In this document: positions 53,122 through 62,903 of the stretch, in pieces
How the letters are laid out: the number at the start of each line of letters is the position of its first letter
Position numbering within the stretch: position 1 is the stretch's first letter
DNA from: Verrucomicrobiota bacterium
GTDB taxonomy: Bacteria; Verrucomicrobiota; Verrucomicrobiia; Opitutales; Opitutaceae
DNA: 64,000 bases
NCBI GenBank assembly: GCA_947471035.1
Contig: CANIWJ010000003.1
Span: 1 to 64,000 of the forward strand
Direction of reading: 5' to 3'
Translations under genes and position numbers: made by a program
The notes under the pieces: model-generated
The model's database searches: none
Told to the model about the DNA's origin: nothing
What the model saw: only the letters and a program-made list of their open reading frames with translations

Positions 53122-54245
53122 TGCGCGCGCTTTCCCGATTCCTGCCCTCCGCCCCGCCGCCCTCGCCCTGTTTGCTGGCGCGGGGCGAGGCCTTTTTTGT
53201 GCGCCGCGCGACGCTGGTCGCCGACGAACCGGCGGCGGCGCAACTGCTGCTCGCGGTCGAGGGCATGGCTCCGTTCCCGCCGGAACAGCTTTACCACGGC
53301 CACGTGTTGTCGGCGGACGGCCGCGCCGCCCTGGTTTTCGCAAGTTTCCGGCGGCGTTTTACGGCCGAGGAGACGGCGGATTGGGTGACGGCGGCGCTGG
53401 TAACGGCGGAGTTTGTGCCCTTGCTGGCCGTGAGCGGTGAAGGCGACCGAATCGTGGTCCACGTAGGTGGAGAGCGTATCTCCGCGCTGGCCTGGCGCAG
53501 CGGGGAAGATCTGCCCGAGGCGGTGCTGGTGCGGCAAGGGGGCGAGGACGGAGTGCAAGTGGTGATCCAAGAGCTGCGCGCCCGGGTAAATTTTGGCGCC
53601 GACGTCACCGTGCAGCAGTTGACAGGGACGCTGGCCTTGTTGCCCGAGTCGAATGGTGCGCTTGAAGCGCTGTGCGAGGGCCAAAGCCTCGGATCCGTGC
53701 CCGCCGCGCGGCTGGCGGGGGCGGATGTGCGTGATCCAGATTTCTTGCTCGAGCGCCGGCGCGCGGAGCAGCGTGATGTGTGGCTGTGGCGCGGTTTGCT
53801 CGGCGTGGCGGCGCTGCTGGCGCTGTCGGCGATTTTGGATGTGGGCGCGGGAGCCTTCGGAATCTACGGCAGCAAACTCCGGGCCCAAGTGGTGGCGCAG
53901 ACCGATGCGGTGCGCCAGACCGAGACGGCGCAGTCGCTGGCCAACCGAATCGCGGAGTTGAGCGAGAAGCGGCTGATGCCGTTTGAGATGCTCGCGTTGA
54001 TCAACCCGGCGCGGCCGGACTCGGTGGTTTTTCAACGCGTGGTCACACGCGGCCTCACCGCACTGGAGGTGGAGGCGCAGGCAAATAACGCCGAGGACGT
54101 CGGCAGCTACTCAAACGCACTCAAAGCCTTACCCGCGCTCTCCTCGGTCAAGACCCGGGTGGACGGAGTGCGGGACGGGGTGACGCGCTTCGTGCTCACC
54201 TTGGAATTCAAACCGGAAGCCCTGCGCAACGGAGGTGCCCAATGA
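53121..54245 (+). CDS. GspL/PilM-PilN-like T2SS assembly protein
   Basis: Cytoplasmic N-domain, central TM helix (LLGVAALLALSAIL), periplasmic PilN-like C-domain; TAATG overlap with gspK. Confidence 0.5.
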   Translation: MRALSRFLPSAPPPSPCLLARGEAFFVRRATLVADEPAAAQLLLAVEGMAPFPPEQLYHGHVLSADGRAALVFASFRRRFTAEETADWVTAALVTAEFVPLLAVSGEGDRIVVHVGGERISALAWRSGEDLPEAVLVRQGGEDGVQVVIQELRARVNFGADVTVQQLTGTLALLPESNGALEALCEGQSLGSVPAARLAGADVRDPDFLLERRRAEQRDVWLWRGLLGVAALLALSAILDVGAGAFGIYGSKLRAQVVAQTDAVRQTETAQSLANRIAELSEKRLMPFEMLALINPARPDSVVFQRVVTRGLTALEVEAQANNAEDVGSYSNALKALPALSSVKTRVDGVRDGVTRFVLTLEFKPEALRNGGAQ

Positions 54246-54790
54246 ACGCTTTAAAACTCTGGTTTTTGAGTCGGCTCTTTCGCGAAAAGATCCTGGTTCT
54301 GGCGTTTATGCTGCTGGCGGCGCTAATCTGGCTTTCGGGGGCGGTGGATCGCCTGCAAAGCCGGATGCGCCTGGTGCGTGCAGCTGATGCGGAACTGGCG
54401 ACGCAGGCGATCTGGTTGCAAAACCGGTCGGCGATCGACGAGGCGGCGGCGGCGGCGGTGCACAACCTCGAACCGGCGCGCACCCTCGACGCCACTTTTT
54501 TGGTCGCCGAGATGCAGGCAATGGCGGGACGCGCGGGCCTGGCGGTTTCGATCGAGCCGCCGCGCACCCAGCGTTCGCCTCAATTCGCCGTGCACACCGT
54601 ACTGGTGACCAGCCGTCGGGCCGATCTAGCCAACGTGCTGCGGTTTTACCAGGAACTGGCAGCCAAGGCTCCGTATGTCGGCTTGGAGCAGGTAACGCTG
54701 CGTATCGATCGCAGCGCGCCGGGCGCGGTGAACGCGGATCTTCAGGTGGCCTCGGTGGAGCTGGTGAGGGAAGCCGAAGTTAAAAAGTGA
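54242..54790 (+). CDS. GspM/PilO-like T2SS assembly protein
   Basis: Single N-terminal TM helix (ILVLAFMLLAALIWL) and ~150-aa periplasmic domain; ATGA overlap. Confidence 0.5.
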   Translation: MNALKLWFLSRLFREKILVLAFMLLAALIWLSGAVDRLQSRMRLVRAADAELATQAIWLQNRSAIDEAAAAAVHNLEPARTLDATFLVAEMQAMAGRAGLAVSIEPPRTQRSPQFAVHTVLVTSRRADLANVLRFYQELAAKAPYVGLEQVTLRIDRSAPGAVNADLQVASVELVREAEVKK

Positions 54791-54872
54791 CACGCTGAAG
54801 CGCCGATTAGCGGGAGGCTGCGATTTTTGCGCTCGTAGCTGGCCTAAATCCAGCTCCCGTAGGGCGCACCTC

Positions 54873-55715
54873 ATGAGCCAAGTTCAACAAGCGCGAAAAT
54901 CAGGATTTTATAAATTGTATCGGGCCTTGCGTAAGTCGCGCCACTTCCCCCGCGCCTACTTCGAGATCCTTTCCACTCTATTTCGCAATCGGGCGGACTG
55001 GACCTGCATCAACTACGGCTACAAACCGTCGGGCGGCACCGAACTGGCGCTGGAGGCGCGGGACGAAAGCGAACGTTATCCCTTGCAGCTTTATCACCTC
55101 GTGGCCTCGGGTGCGGACCTGAACGGGCGGGATGTGCTGGAGATAAGCTCGGGGCGAGGCGGCGGCGCGTCATTTGTCGCCCGCTACCATCGGCCGCGTA
55201 GCTACACGGGCATGGATATTGCGGCGAGCGCGGTGCGTTTTTGCAAACGCCAGCATCAGGTGCCAGGACTCACCTTTGTGCAGGGCGATGCGATGGCGTT
55301 GCCGATGGCGGATGCCTCGTTTGACGCGGTCTTGAGCGTGGAAGCTTCGCATAACTACACCGACCGTGCGCACGTTTTTCGCCAAATCCACCGTCTACTG
55401 AGACCGGGCGGGCATTTTCTCTACACCGATGTGCTGACTCATTCCCTGTATCTGAAGGCCGTGGGTTTTCTGCGCGAGTCGGGTTTCGAGATTCTAAAAG
55501 ATGAAGTCATCAGTCCGGAGGTGCTCGCGTCGATGCAGGCGGAGGACGCGCGCAAGCTGCGCATGATCGAGAGCTGCATGCCCAAGTTTTTGAATCGTTT
55601 CGCCCGTTTCTGCGTGGGCACGACCGACTCGTATCCCTACCTCAAAATCAAGGAGGGCGAGAGCACCTATTTCCGCGTGGTGGCGCGTCGGCTGGAGCCG
55701 ATCAAGGCGGGCTAA
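54873..55715 (+). CDS. class I SAM-dependent methyltransferase
   Basis: Motif I VLEISSGRGGGA; methyltransferase-type-11-like motifs DAVLSVEASHN, LLRPGGHF. Confidence 0.8.
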   Translation: MSQVQQARKSGFYKLYRALRKSRHFPRAYFEILSTLFRNRADWTCINYGYKPSGGTELALEARDESERYPLQLYHLVASGADLNGRDVLEISSGRGGGASFVARYHRPRSYTGMDIAASAVRFCKRQHQVPGLTFVQGDAMALPMADASFDAVLSVEASHNYTDRAHVFRQIHRLLRPGGHFLYTDVLTHSLYLKAVGFLRESGFEILKDEVISPEVLASMQAEDARKLRMIESCMPKFLNRFARFCVGTTDSYPYLKIKEGESTYFRVVARRLEPIKAG

Positions 55716-55745
55716 ACAACTGAAGCGCGGGCGAATCGGCAGGGA

Positions 55746-57227
55746 TCAAACCACGGGCGCGGAAGGCGTGCCGTGGCCGAAGAGGTTGCGCTTCTTGATC
55801 GCAGCGGCGACAGGCACGGGAACCATGCTTTCCCACGAGGGATCGTGGCGGCGAATACGCTCCAATACATCCCGGGAAAACACGTTTAGGATCTCGGGAT
55901 TATAGCCCACGATGCACTCCAAATAGTGGTTTTCGAGTAAATGCTGGTAGAGGCTGCGCAAGTTGGGCGCGACCTGTACGTTTCGAGCATTGATCAACAC
56001 ATCCTTGGCGAACGGCGAGGTGGCCGCGACGGCGTTATGCCCGGCGAGGTAACGGTCGTAGGCAGCCTGCTGCATCGGGTAGATGTAGAGCCGGACGCTG
56101 TTGCGGAAGAGGCGGCCAAAGTTCTCCAGAATACCGCCTTCGAGGTGCTCGTAGTATTTCTCGTTAAAAATCTCCAAGAGGTTGTTTATGCCCATCGCAA
56201 CACCGATCATTTCTTTGGTGTAGCGTCGGAAATAGGAGGTGAGCCGGTAGTATTCGCTATAGTTGGAAATAAGCACGGTGCAGCCGATGTCGCCCAGCAT
56301 GTCCACCCGAGAGAGGAAGTCGGCAGGGTCGAGCGAACCGCCGGCGAGCAGATTGTTCATCGTGATCTCCAGCAGCACGATGATGTCTTTGCCCTGAACA
56401 TCCGGCTCCTGCATGAACTGGGCGCAGGCGCAGTTGAGCATGTCTACGTTGACGTGGGTGACGGGACGGAAGCTTCCGCGTTCCACCAGGATGGCTTTCT
56501 TGTAGAGGACTTCGGAGGGCTGGAGCACGTCGCCGTTGGGCCCGAAAAGAACGGCATTGGTAAGGCCATTACGCACAAGATGGAGCGACATCAGGCGATT
56601 ATCGACGTCCGCAAAGGCCGGACCGGCGAATTTAAGCATGTCGATTTCGATGCGGTCCGAACCTAGATTGTCAGCCAAAGAGGCGGTGAATTTTTCCAAA
56701 TCGTCCCGCAGATATAGGGCGGCATAAATGAGGTTGGTGCCCACGATTCCAATGGCCTCCTGCTGACGGAGGTTGTCCTTGTCCCACATGCGTACGTGGA
56801 GCACGACATCACTGGGGATTGGGCTGCCTGGCTCCGGTTGGAAGCGGATGCCCATCCAGCCGTGGCAGTCATTGTTTCCCTTAAAAGATTTGGCGGCGAC
56901 GGTGTCGGCGAAGACAAAGAACTTGGTGGTGGCGCCGCGTTTTTCGCGCAGGCGTTCGAGGAGCAGGGTGTACTCGTGGTCCAGCATGGTCACGAGCCGT
57001 TCGCGCGAGACGTAACGCGGAGCCTTGCCGTAGATGGCGTCGCTGAAGGTCATGTCATAAGCCGACATGGATTTGGCGATGGTACCGGCGGCACCGCCGG
57101 CCTGGAAAAAGACCCGGGCCACCTCTTGTCCGGCTCCGATTTCGGCGAAGGTGCCGTACTTCGAGTCGTCGAGATTAATGGTGAGGGCCTTGCGGTTGGT
57201 GGTCAGGAGCGCGTCGGACTTTTCCAT
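55746..57227 (-). CDS. conserved hypothetical cytoplasmic protein (493 aa), function not assignable
   Basis: Long ORF with good coding composition; no recognisable family signature. Confidence 0.55.
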   Translation of the reverse strand: MEKSDALLTTNRKALTINLDDSKYGTFAEIGAGQEVARVFFQAGGAAGTIAKSMSAYDMTFSDAIYGKAPRYVSRERLVTMLDHEYTLLLERLREKRGATTKFFVFADTVAAKSFKGNNDCHGWMGIRFQPEPGSPIPSDVVLHVRMWDKDNLRQQEAIGIVGTNLIYAALYLRDDLEKFTASLADNLGSDRIEIDMLKFAGPAFADVDNRLMSLHLVRNGLTNAVLFGPNGDVLQPSEVLYKKAILVERGSFRPVTHVNVDMLNCACAQFMQEPDVQGKDIIVLLEITMNNLLAGGSLDPADFLSRVDMLGDIGCTVLISNYSEYYRLTSYFRRYTKEMIGVAMGINNLLEIFNEKYYEHLEGGILENFGRLFRNSVRLYIYPMQQAAYDRYLAGHNAVAATSPFAKDVLINARNVQVAPNLRSLYQHLLENHYLECIVGYNPEILNVFSRDVLERIRRHDPSWESMVPVPVAAAIKKRNLFGHGTPSAPVV

Positions 57228-57361
57228 GCGCCTGATAAGGGTGGAAACTTTCCCCGGTGCAAAGCGCTTATAGTCCGAGCCCGCAAATTTTGTTCTAAGA
57301 TTTTACTAAAGTTCAGATGCGTCTCGCCCGCAGGCGTGCTCGCCACCTACGTTGGCGCGAT

Positions 57362-59167
57362 ATGAAAGCGTTTTTCGCCTCGTTCATCGGAACCTTGTTG
57401 GCCCTGGCCGCCTTTTGCGTGGCTGCGGTCGTGCTGGTACTGGGGGGCTTTGCCTTCCTGGTGTCTGCCGGCGGAAGCAAGGCGATGCAGGTTGAGAACG
57501 GATCCTACCTTGTGCTTAATCTGGATGGCACGAACCTCACTGATGCACCGCCGTTGGTCGAGGAAGGAGGCTTGGGTGATTTGCTACGAGGCGATGCGCC
57601 CCGGCCCATCGCGATCCGGCAAGCCACGGCAGGGTTGCATCATGCGGCCACGGATCACCGGATTCGCGGGGTTTTTATTACCGGCAGCTTTTCCCCTTCG
57701 GGCTTCGGAACGGGGTTTGCGGCCTTAACCGAGTTTCGCGCCGCGCTGGCCGAGGTGAAGGCGGCGGGGAAGCCGGTGAAGGCTTATTTTGACGAGATCG
57801 GCACCTCCGAAATGTATGTGTCGGCTGTAGCCAACGAAATCGTGCTCAACCCCTTTGGACTGGTGGCGATGCCCGGGCTGGCCAGCGAGCCGATGTTTTA
57901 CGGGGCGGCCTTCGAAAAGTGGGGCGTGGGCGTGCAAGTGACGCGCTCCGGCAAATACAAAGGCGCGGTCGAGCCGTTCATTCGCAAGGACCTCAGTCCT
58001 GAGAACCGGGAACAGCTCACCGTGTTGCTCACCGATTTGTGGACCAACGTGCGCAACGATATCGCCTCGGCGCGCGGCATCAAAACCGAGGCTTTGCAGA
58101 CGCTGGTGGACGCGGAAGGTTTGATCACGCCGGAATCGGCGCACGAAGCCGGACTAGTGACCGCGATCGGCTATCGGGACGAAGTCTTGGATGCCTTGCG
58201 CAAGGAGACCGGGGTCGAGGCGGGCGATCCGTTTCTCCAGGTGTCATTTGCCGATTATCTGGCCCTGCTGCCCAAACCCGGCGCGGGGTACGGCACGGTG
58301 GCGGTGGTTTATGCCGAGGGGGAAATCGTGGACGGAGACGGCGGCGAGGGCGAGGTCGGTGGCGCTTCCTATGCCCGCGAGTTGCGCGCGCTGCGCGAAG
58401 ACGAGGATGTGCAGGCCGTGGTGCTGCGGGTAAACAGTCCGGGCGGCTCGGCCTCGGCGGCGGAGGAAATGCTCCGCGAGCTACGCCTGTTGAGCGCGAA
58501 AAAACCGGTGGTTATTTCCATGGGCAGTTACGCCGCTTCAGGCGGTTACTGGATCTCCGCTTTTGGCGACCGCATCTTCACCGAGCCCTCGACCGTCACC
58601 GGGTCCATCGGCGTATTTGGCGTGCAATTCGATGTGGAGAAACTCTCCGCCTCCATCGGCTTGACTTGGGATCGGGTGCAGACGGGACAGAAAGCCGGCA
58701 TGATGACCAACGCCCGCCCGAAATCGCCGGGCGAACTGGCGGTTTTTCAACGCCTGGTGGATCACACTTACGACCAATTTCTGGAGCGCGTGGCGGAAGG
58801 GCGTTCGTTGGATAAGGCGCGCGTGCACGCCATGGCCCAAGGGCGAGTTTGGTCCGGAACGCAGGCGGTAAAACTTGGCTTGGCCGATGAAATTGGCGGG
58901 CTCGACCAAGCAATCGCCCATGCCGCCAAGCTGGGCAAAATCGAGGGCGAGCCCGACATTTATGAGTTCCCCGGAACCCTCCCCTTTGGCGAGGCCATGG
59001 CGGAAGCTTTTCGTCACGGGACCAGTCCCGAAGCCCGGCTGGCCAAGGTGCGCGGGCCGGCCGGACGTATGATCAGGCAAGTGGAAGAACAGGTGCAAAT
59101 GCTGGATCGTTTTAATGATCCGCGCGGTGTTTACGCCCGGCTCCCGCTTGACCTGCGCGTTCGCTAA
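57362..59167 (+). CDS. sppA: signal peptide peptidase SppA (protease IV, 67K type)
   Basis: N-terminal TM helix; duplicated ClpP/crotonase-like domains; catalytic segment ISMGSYAASGGYWIS. Confidence 0.9.
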   Translation: MKAFFASFIGTLLALAAFCVAAVVLVLGGFAFLVSAGGSKAMQVENGSYLVLNLDGTNLTDAPPLVEEGGLGDLLRGDAPRPIAIRQATAGLHHAATDHRIRGVFITGSFSPSGFGTGFAALTEFRAALAEVKAAGKPVKAYFDEIGTSEMYVSAVANEIVLNPFGLVAMPGLASEPMFYGAAFEKWGVGVQVTRSGKYKGAVEPFIRKDLSPENREQLTVLLTDLWTNVRNDIASARGIKTEALQTLVDAEGLITPESAHEAGLVTAIGYRDEVLDALRKETGVEAGDPFLQVSFADYLALLPKPGAGYGTVAVVYAEGEIVDGDGGEGEVGGASYARELRALREDEDVQAVVLRVNSPGGSASAAEEMLRELRLLSAKKPVVISMGSYAASGGYWISAFGDRIFTEPSTVTGSIGVFGVQFDVEKLSASIGLTWDRVQTGQKAGMMTNARPKSPGELAVFQRLVDHTYDQFLERVAEGRSLDKARVHAMAQGRVWSGTQAVKLGLADEIGGLDQAIAHAAKLGKIEGEPDIYEFPGTLPFGEAMAEAFRHGTSPEARLAKVRGPAGRMIRQVEEQVQMLDRFNDPRGVYARLPLDLRVR

Positions 59168-59200
59168 AACGGCTTAATCGTTCAACTCTCAACCACCACC

Positions 59201-59746
59201 ATGACCACCACCCGACTCCTGGAAGACGTTCCCGCCACCCTGATCCCGGCCGGCACCCCGACCACACTCGCGGCGGGCGAGGGCGTGCACATTGTGCAAA
59301 CCCTGGGCGGCAACGTCACCGTGCGCACCGACCACGGGCTGTTTCGTATCAGTCGTGAACACGCCGCCGCCATCGCCGGTCTGGATCTGGAAAAACTCGA
59401 CGCCGAGGCCGGTGCGAGCGCGCCGGGCGGAGAGTTTGGCGAGCCGATGGTATGGGAGGCGCTCAAAGGTTGTTTCGACCCGGAGATTCCGGTTAACATC
59501 GTGGATCTGGGTCTGGTTTACGATCTCGACATCGACGACAGTCCGGCCGGCGGCAAACGCGTGGATGTTAAAATGACCCTGACCGCGCCCGGCTGCGGCA
59601 TGGGGCCGGTGATTGCCGAGGATGCGCGGCAACGGGTGGCGGCACTGCCCGGAGTGACTGAGGCGCGAGTGCACATCGTCTGGGATCCGCAATGGGCGCC
59701 GCAGATGATCTCTGCGGCGGGACGCAAGCAACTGGGCATCGAGTGA
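59201..59746 (+). CDS. DUF59/MIP18-family Fe-S cluster assembly protein (SufT-like)
   Basis: C-terminal DUF59 pattern VWEALKGCFDPEIPVNIVDLGLVYDL...LTAPGCGMGPVI. Confidence 0.7.
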   Translation: MTTTRLLEDVPATLIPAGTPTTLAAGEGVHIVQTLGGNVTVRTDHGLFRISREHAAAIAGLDLEKLDAEAGASAPGGEFGEPMVWEALKGCFDPEIPVNIVDLGLVYDLDIDDSPAGGKRVDVKMTLTAPGCGMGPVIAEDARQRVAALPGVTEARVHIVWDPQWAPQMISAAGRKQLGIE

Positions 59747-60861
59747 AAATCGCGCTCGTCACCGAAACCTACCCGCCGGAGGTAAACGGCGTGGCGATGA
59801 CCCTCAGCCGTCTGGTCGGCGGGATGAGGGAGCGTGGGCATTCGGTACAGGTGGTGCGGCCCCGGCAAAAAAACGAAACCATCCCGACCGCCGACCTGCT
59901 GGTTCCGGGCATGGCGATTCCCTTCTACTCCAGCTTGCGAATCGGTTTACCGGCCTTGGCGCGGTTGGAAGAGCGCTGGCGGATAGAGCGACCCGACCTG
60001 GTGCACGTGGCGACGGAGGGACCGCTCGGCCTCGCCTCGCTCTCGGCGGCGGCTCGGCTCGGGCTGCCGGTGACCTCTAGCTTTCACACCAATTTCCATG
60101 CTTACGGCGGGCATTACGGGGTGGCCGCCCTGCGCGACGCCACTCTGGCCTACTTGCGCTGGTTTCATAATCGCACCCGCTGCACCTTGGTCCCGACCCG
60201 GCAGATGGTTGGTCAGCTGGCGGCGGAACGCTTTCGCGGCCTGGGCGTGATGGCGCGCGGGGTGGACACGCAATTATTTGATCCGGCGCGCCGCAGCGCC
60301 GCCCTGCGGGCCGAATGGGGCGTGGGCCCGGAGGACCCCGTCGTGCTCTACGTCGGGCGCATGGCGGCGGAGAAAAACCTCGGTGTGGCGGTGGCGGGAT
60401 TTTTGAGCCTGCGCGAGCGGGTGCCGAACGCCCGCTTCGTGCTGGTCGGCGACGGACCGGCACGCGAGGGGCTGGCCCGCGAGCATCCAGAGTTCCATTA
60501 CGCGGGAATGCGGCGCGGCGCGGAGCTCGCGACTTACTATGCCTCGGGCGATATTTTTGTCTTCGCCAGTGTGACCGAGACCTTTGGCAACGTGGTCACC
60601 GAGGCATTGGCCAGTGGGTTGGTGGCGGTGGCCTACGACTACGCGGCGACACGCGAGTATGTGCGTGATAGCGTGAACGGCTTTTCGGCTGCGTTTGATC
60701 GACCGGAGGCGTTTCAGGCAGCGGTCGCGCGGGCGCTCGCAGCGAGAGAACGTTGGCCGCAGATTCGAGCCGAGGCGCGCACGACCGCGCTGGGCCTTAC
60801 GTGGCAAGCGGTGGTGGCACGCTTCGAGACCGACCTTCGGGCGGCGGCTAATCTGGGTTAA
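59743..60861 (+). CDS. GT4-family glycosyltransferase
   Basis: GT-B N-domain KIALVTETYPPEVNGVAMT; C-terminal E.FG..V.EA motif (TETFGNVVTEALASG). GTG start overlaps the upstream stop (GTGA). Confidence 0.8.
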   Translation: MKIALVTETYPPEVNGVAMTLSRLVGGMRERGHSVQVVRPRQKNETIPTADLLVPGMAIPFYSSLRIGLPALARLEERWRIERPDLVHVATEGPLGLASLSAAARLGLPVTSSFHTNFHAYGGHYGVAALRDATLAYLRWFHNRTRCTLVPTRQMVGQLAAERFRGLGVMARGVDTQLFDPARRSAALRAEWGVGPEDPVVLYVGRMAAEKNLGVAVAGFLSLRERVPNARFVLVGDGPAREGLAREHPEFHYAGMRRGAELATYYASGDIFVFASVTETFGNVVTEALASGLVAVAYDYAATREYVRDSVNGFSAAFDRPEAFQAAVARALAARERWPQIRAEARTTALGLTWQAVVARFETDLRAAANLG

Positions 60862-60876
60862 CCTAATCCGCCGAGT

Positions 60877-61866
60877 TCAGACGATCTTGAGTTTGGGCAA
60901 GTCTTGACCGTCCACCAGGCCGACGGGTTTGCCCTTGGCATCGACCACGATGAGATCGTCGATTTTGTGGGCTTCAAACATGCGCAGGGCCTCCACGCCG
61001 AGGGCGTCGGTGGAGATGGTCTTGGGCGTGCGGGTCATGAAGGTGGAAACGGTTTTTTGCAGGAAATCCGGTCCGGTCAGAGCGCTGCGGCGGAAGTCTC
61101 CGTCGGTGAGGATACCGGTAAGTTTGCCGTTTTTGGGATGCACGAGGGCGATGCTACCGCTGCGCGCCTTGGTCATGCGCAGGATGGCATCTTGCAGAGT
61201 GATGGAATCGGGGGCGACCGGCAGGCGATCGCCGGCACGCATGATGTCGCCAACCTTGAGCAGGAGCACCCGGCCAAGATTGCCGGCTGGATGGAAACGG
61301 GCGAAGTCGTCGCGGGTGAGGCCACGGGCTTCAAGCAACACCATCGCCAAGGCATCACCCAGCGCGAGGGCGGCGGTGGTGCTGGCGGTGGGGGCAAGAG
61401 CGAGCGGACAGGCCTCCTTGGGCACGACGTAGATGAGGCGCAGCTCGCAACCGTGGGCGAGGTCGGAGTCGGGCTTGGCGGTGAAGGCCACCAGCTTGAC
61501 CCCGAAGCGGCGCAGCACGGGCACAAGTTTCAACACTTCGTCGGTCTGGCCGCTGTTGGAAAGGATCAACGCCAGGTCGCCCTCGGCCACCATGCCCAGG
61601 TCGCCGTGCAGAGCCTGGGTGGCGTCGAGGAAACAGGAGGAAGCGCCCGTGCTGTTAAAGGTCCCCGCGAGTTTTTGGGCGATGTGAGCCGATTTACCCA
61701 CGCCGGTGAAAATAATTTTTCTACCCGCTGCCACGGCTTCGTGGAGGGCGCGGGTAACGGCCACGAAGTCCGCTCCCAACGCCTGCCGGGTGGCTTCAAT
61801 GGCCTCCTGCTCAATGCGGAGGGCCTGGCGGGCACGACGGAGGACGAAGGTGGAGTCGAGTGTCAT
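60877..61866 (-). CDS. kdsD: KpsF/GutQ-family arabinose-5-phosphate isomerase
   Basis: SIS domain (IIFTGVGKSAHIAQK...ILSNSGQTDE) plus tandem CBS domains. Confidence 0.9.
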   Translation of the reverse strand: MTLDSTFVLRRARQALRIEQEAIEATRQALGADFVAVTRALHEAVAAGRKIIFTGVGKSAHIAQKLAGTFNSTGASSCFLDATQALHGDLGMVAEGDLALILSNSGQTDEVLKLVPVLRRFGVKLVAFTAKPDSDLAHGCELRLIYVVPKEACPLALAPTASTTAALALGDALAMVLLEARGLTRDDFARFHPAGNLGRVLLLKVGDIMRAGDRLPVAPDSITLQDAILRMTKARSGSIALVHPKNGKLTGILTDGDFRRSALTGPDFLQKTVSTFMTRTPKTISTDALGVEALRMFEAHKIDDLIVVDAKGKPVGLVDGQDLPKLKIV

Positions 61867-61951
61867 TTAGGATTTGTGTCCTTGGTGGAGTCGGGAGACT
61901 TGGACTTCCTCTTTTTGCGTTCAATTACCTTTTGCCTTTTCGTTTTGCGCC

Positions 61952-62869
61952 ATGCGCCGCCTGCCGACTCTCCTGCTTCTCACTTCGCTCACCCTGCTCG
62001 GGCTGGCTTCCTCGGGCTGTGTCCCTCAATCGGTGCTGCCTTTCGCAGCCGAGGTCGATGATCCCGACTACCGGCGCGGCAAGGAACTATTACGCATGGG
62101 CCGCGAGGCGGACGCGTTAAAAACCTTTCTCAAGGTGATTGATCAGCGCGGGGGAGCGGCCGCTGAGTCGCACCTCGAAGCGGGCATCCTTTACCACAAG
62201 CACATCAAGGACCCGATTTCCGCCATTTACCACTATCGGCGCTACCGGGAGTTGCGGCCCAACAGCGAGCAGTCCCGACTGGTTTTGCAGAGCATCGAAG
62301 CCTGCATCCGCGAATTCGCCCGCACCCTTCCGGCCCAGCCATTGGACAACCAGGTGGATCGCACCGACATGATGGACGCGATCGACCGCCTTCAGCGCGA
62401 GAACCTGCAACTTAAGGAGCAAGTCACCGCCGCTCGGGCCGCCATCCTTGACAGCTCGCGTCCCACTGTCGGCGGCGGGTCAACGGCGCCGGGTGAAAGT
62501 GTTTTTTCGCTAAATCCGGCGCCTTTAGTCGAGCCCTCGCAGGGCGGTTACACTCCGGGCGGCAGCACCGCACCGGAATACTCCACCCCCGTGGGCGTGG
62601 TTCCGGTGACCACGCCATCGCAGACTCTGATCCTGAACCCGCCGCCCGCGACGACGGCGACGCGGACCACGCCGCCCGCCAATCCCAGTCCGTCCCCCGC
62701 CGCCGGTGTGCGCCGCCACGTGGTGGCCAAGGGCGATACGCTCCAATCCATTTCCATGCGCTACTACGGCACGCGTTCGCGCTTCCGCGACATCTACGCG
62801 GCCAACCGTGATGTGATGCCCAATGAAGGCACGCTGCGCCTCGGCATGGAGTTAAAAATCCCGCAATAA
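61952..62869 (+). CDS. LysM-domain lipoprotein with TPR-like N-region
   Basis: Lipobox LLGLASSGC; C-terminal LysM (HVVAKGDTLQSISMRYYG...LRLGMELKIP). Confidence 0.7.
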   Translation: MRRLPTLLLLTSLTLLGLASSGCVPQSVLPFAAEVDDPDYRRGKELLRMGREADALKTFLKVIDQRGGAAAESHLEAGILYHKHIKDPISAIYHYRRYRELRPNSEQSRLVLQSIEACIREFARTLPAQPLDNQVDRTDMMDAIDRLQRENLQLKEQVTAARAAILDSSRPTVGGGSTAPGESVFSLNPAPLVEPSQGGYTPGGSTAPEYSTPVGVVPVTTPSQTLILNPPPATTATRTTPPANPSPSPAAGVRRHVVAKGDTLQSISMRYYGTRSRFRDIYAANRDVMPNEGTLRLGMELKIPQ

Positions 62870-62903
62870 CCCACAGCCCCCCGCCGCCGAAGGTCGTTAT
62901 CCC

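Noticed and set aside
53118-54035. 305-aa minus-strand ORF opposite the gspL-like gene
   Set aside because: Arg/Gln/His-rich antisense frame; the plus-strand gene is part of a tightly coupled operon.
60904-62061. 385-aa plus-strand ORF overlapping kdsD/kpsF
   Set aside because: Antisense shadow ORF (Gly/Glu-rich). The minus-strand KpsF/GutQ product is strongly supported.
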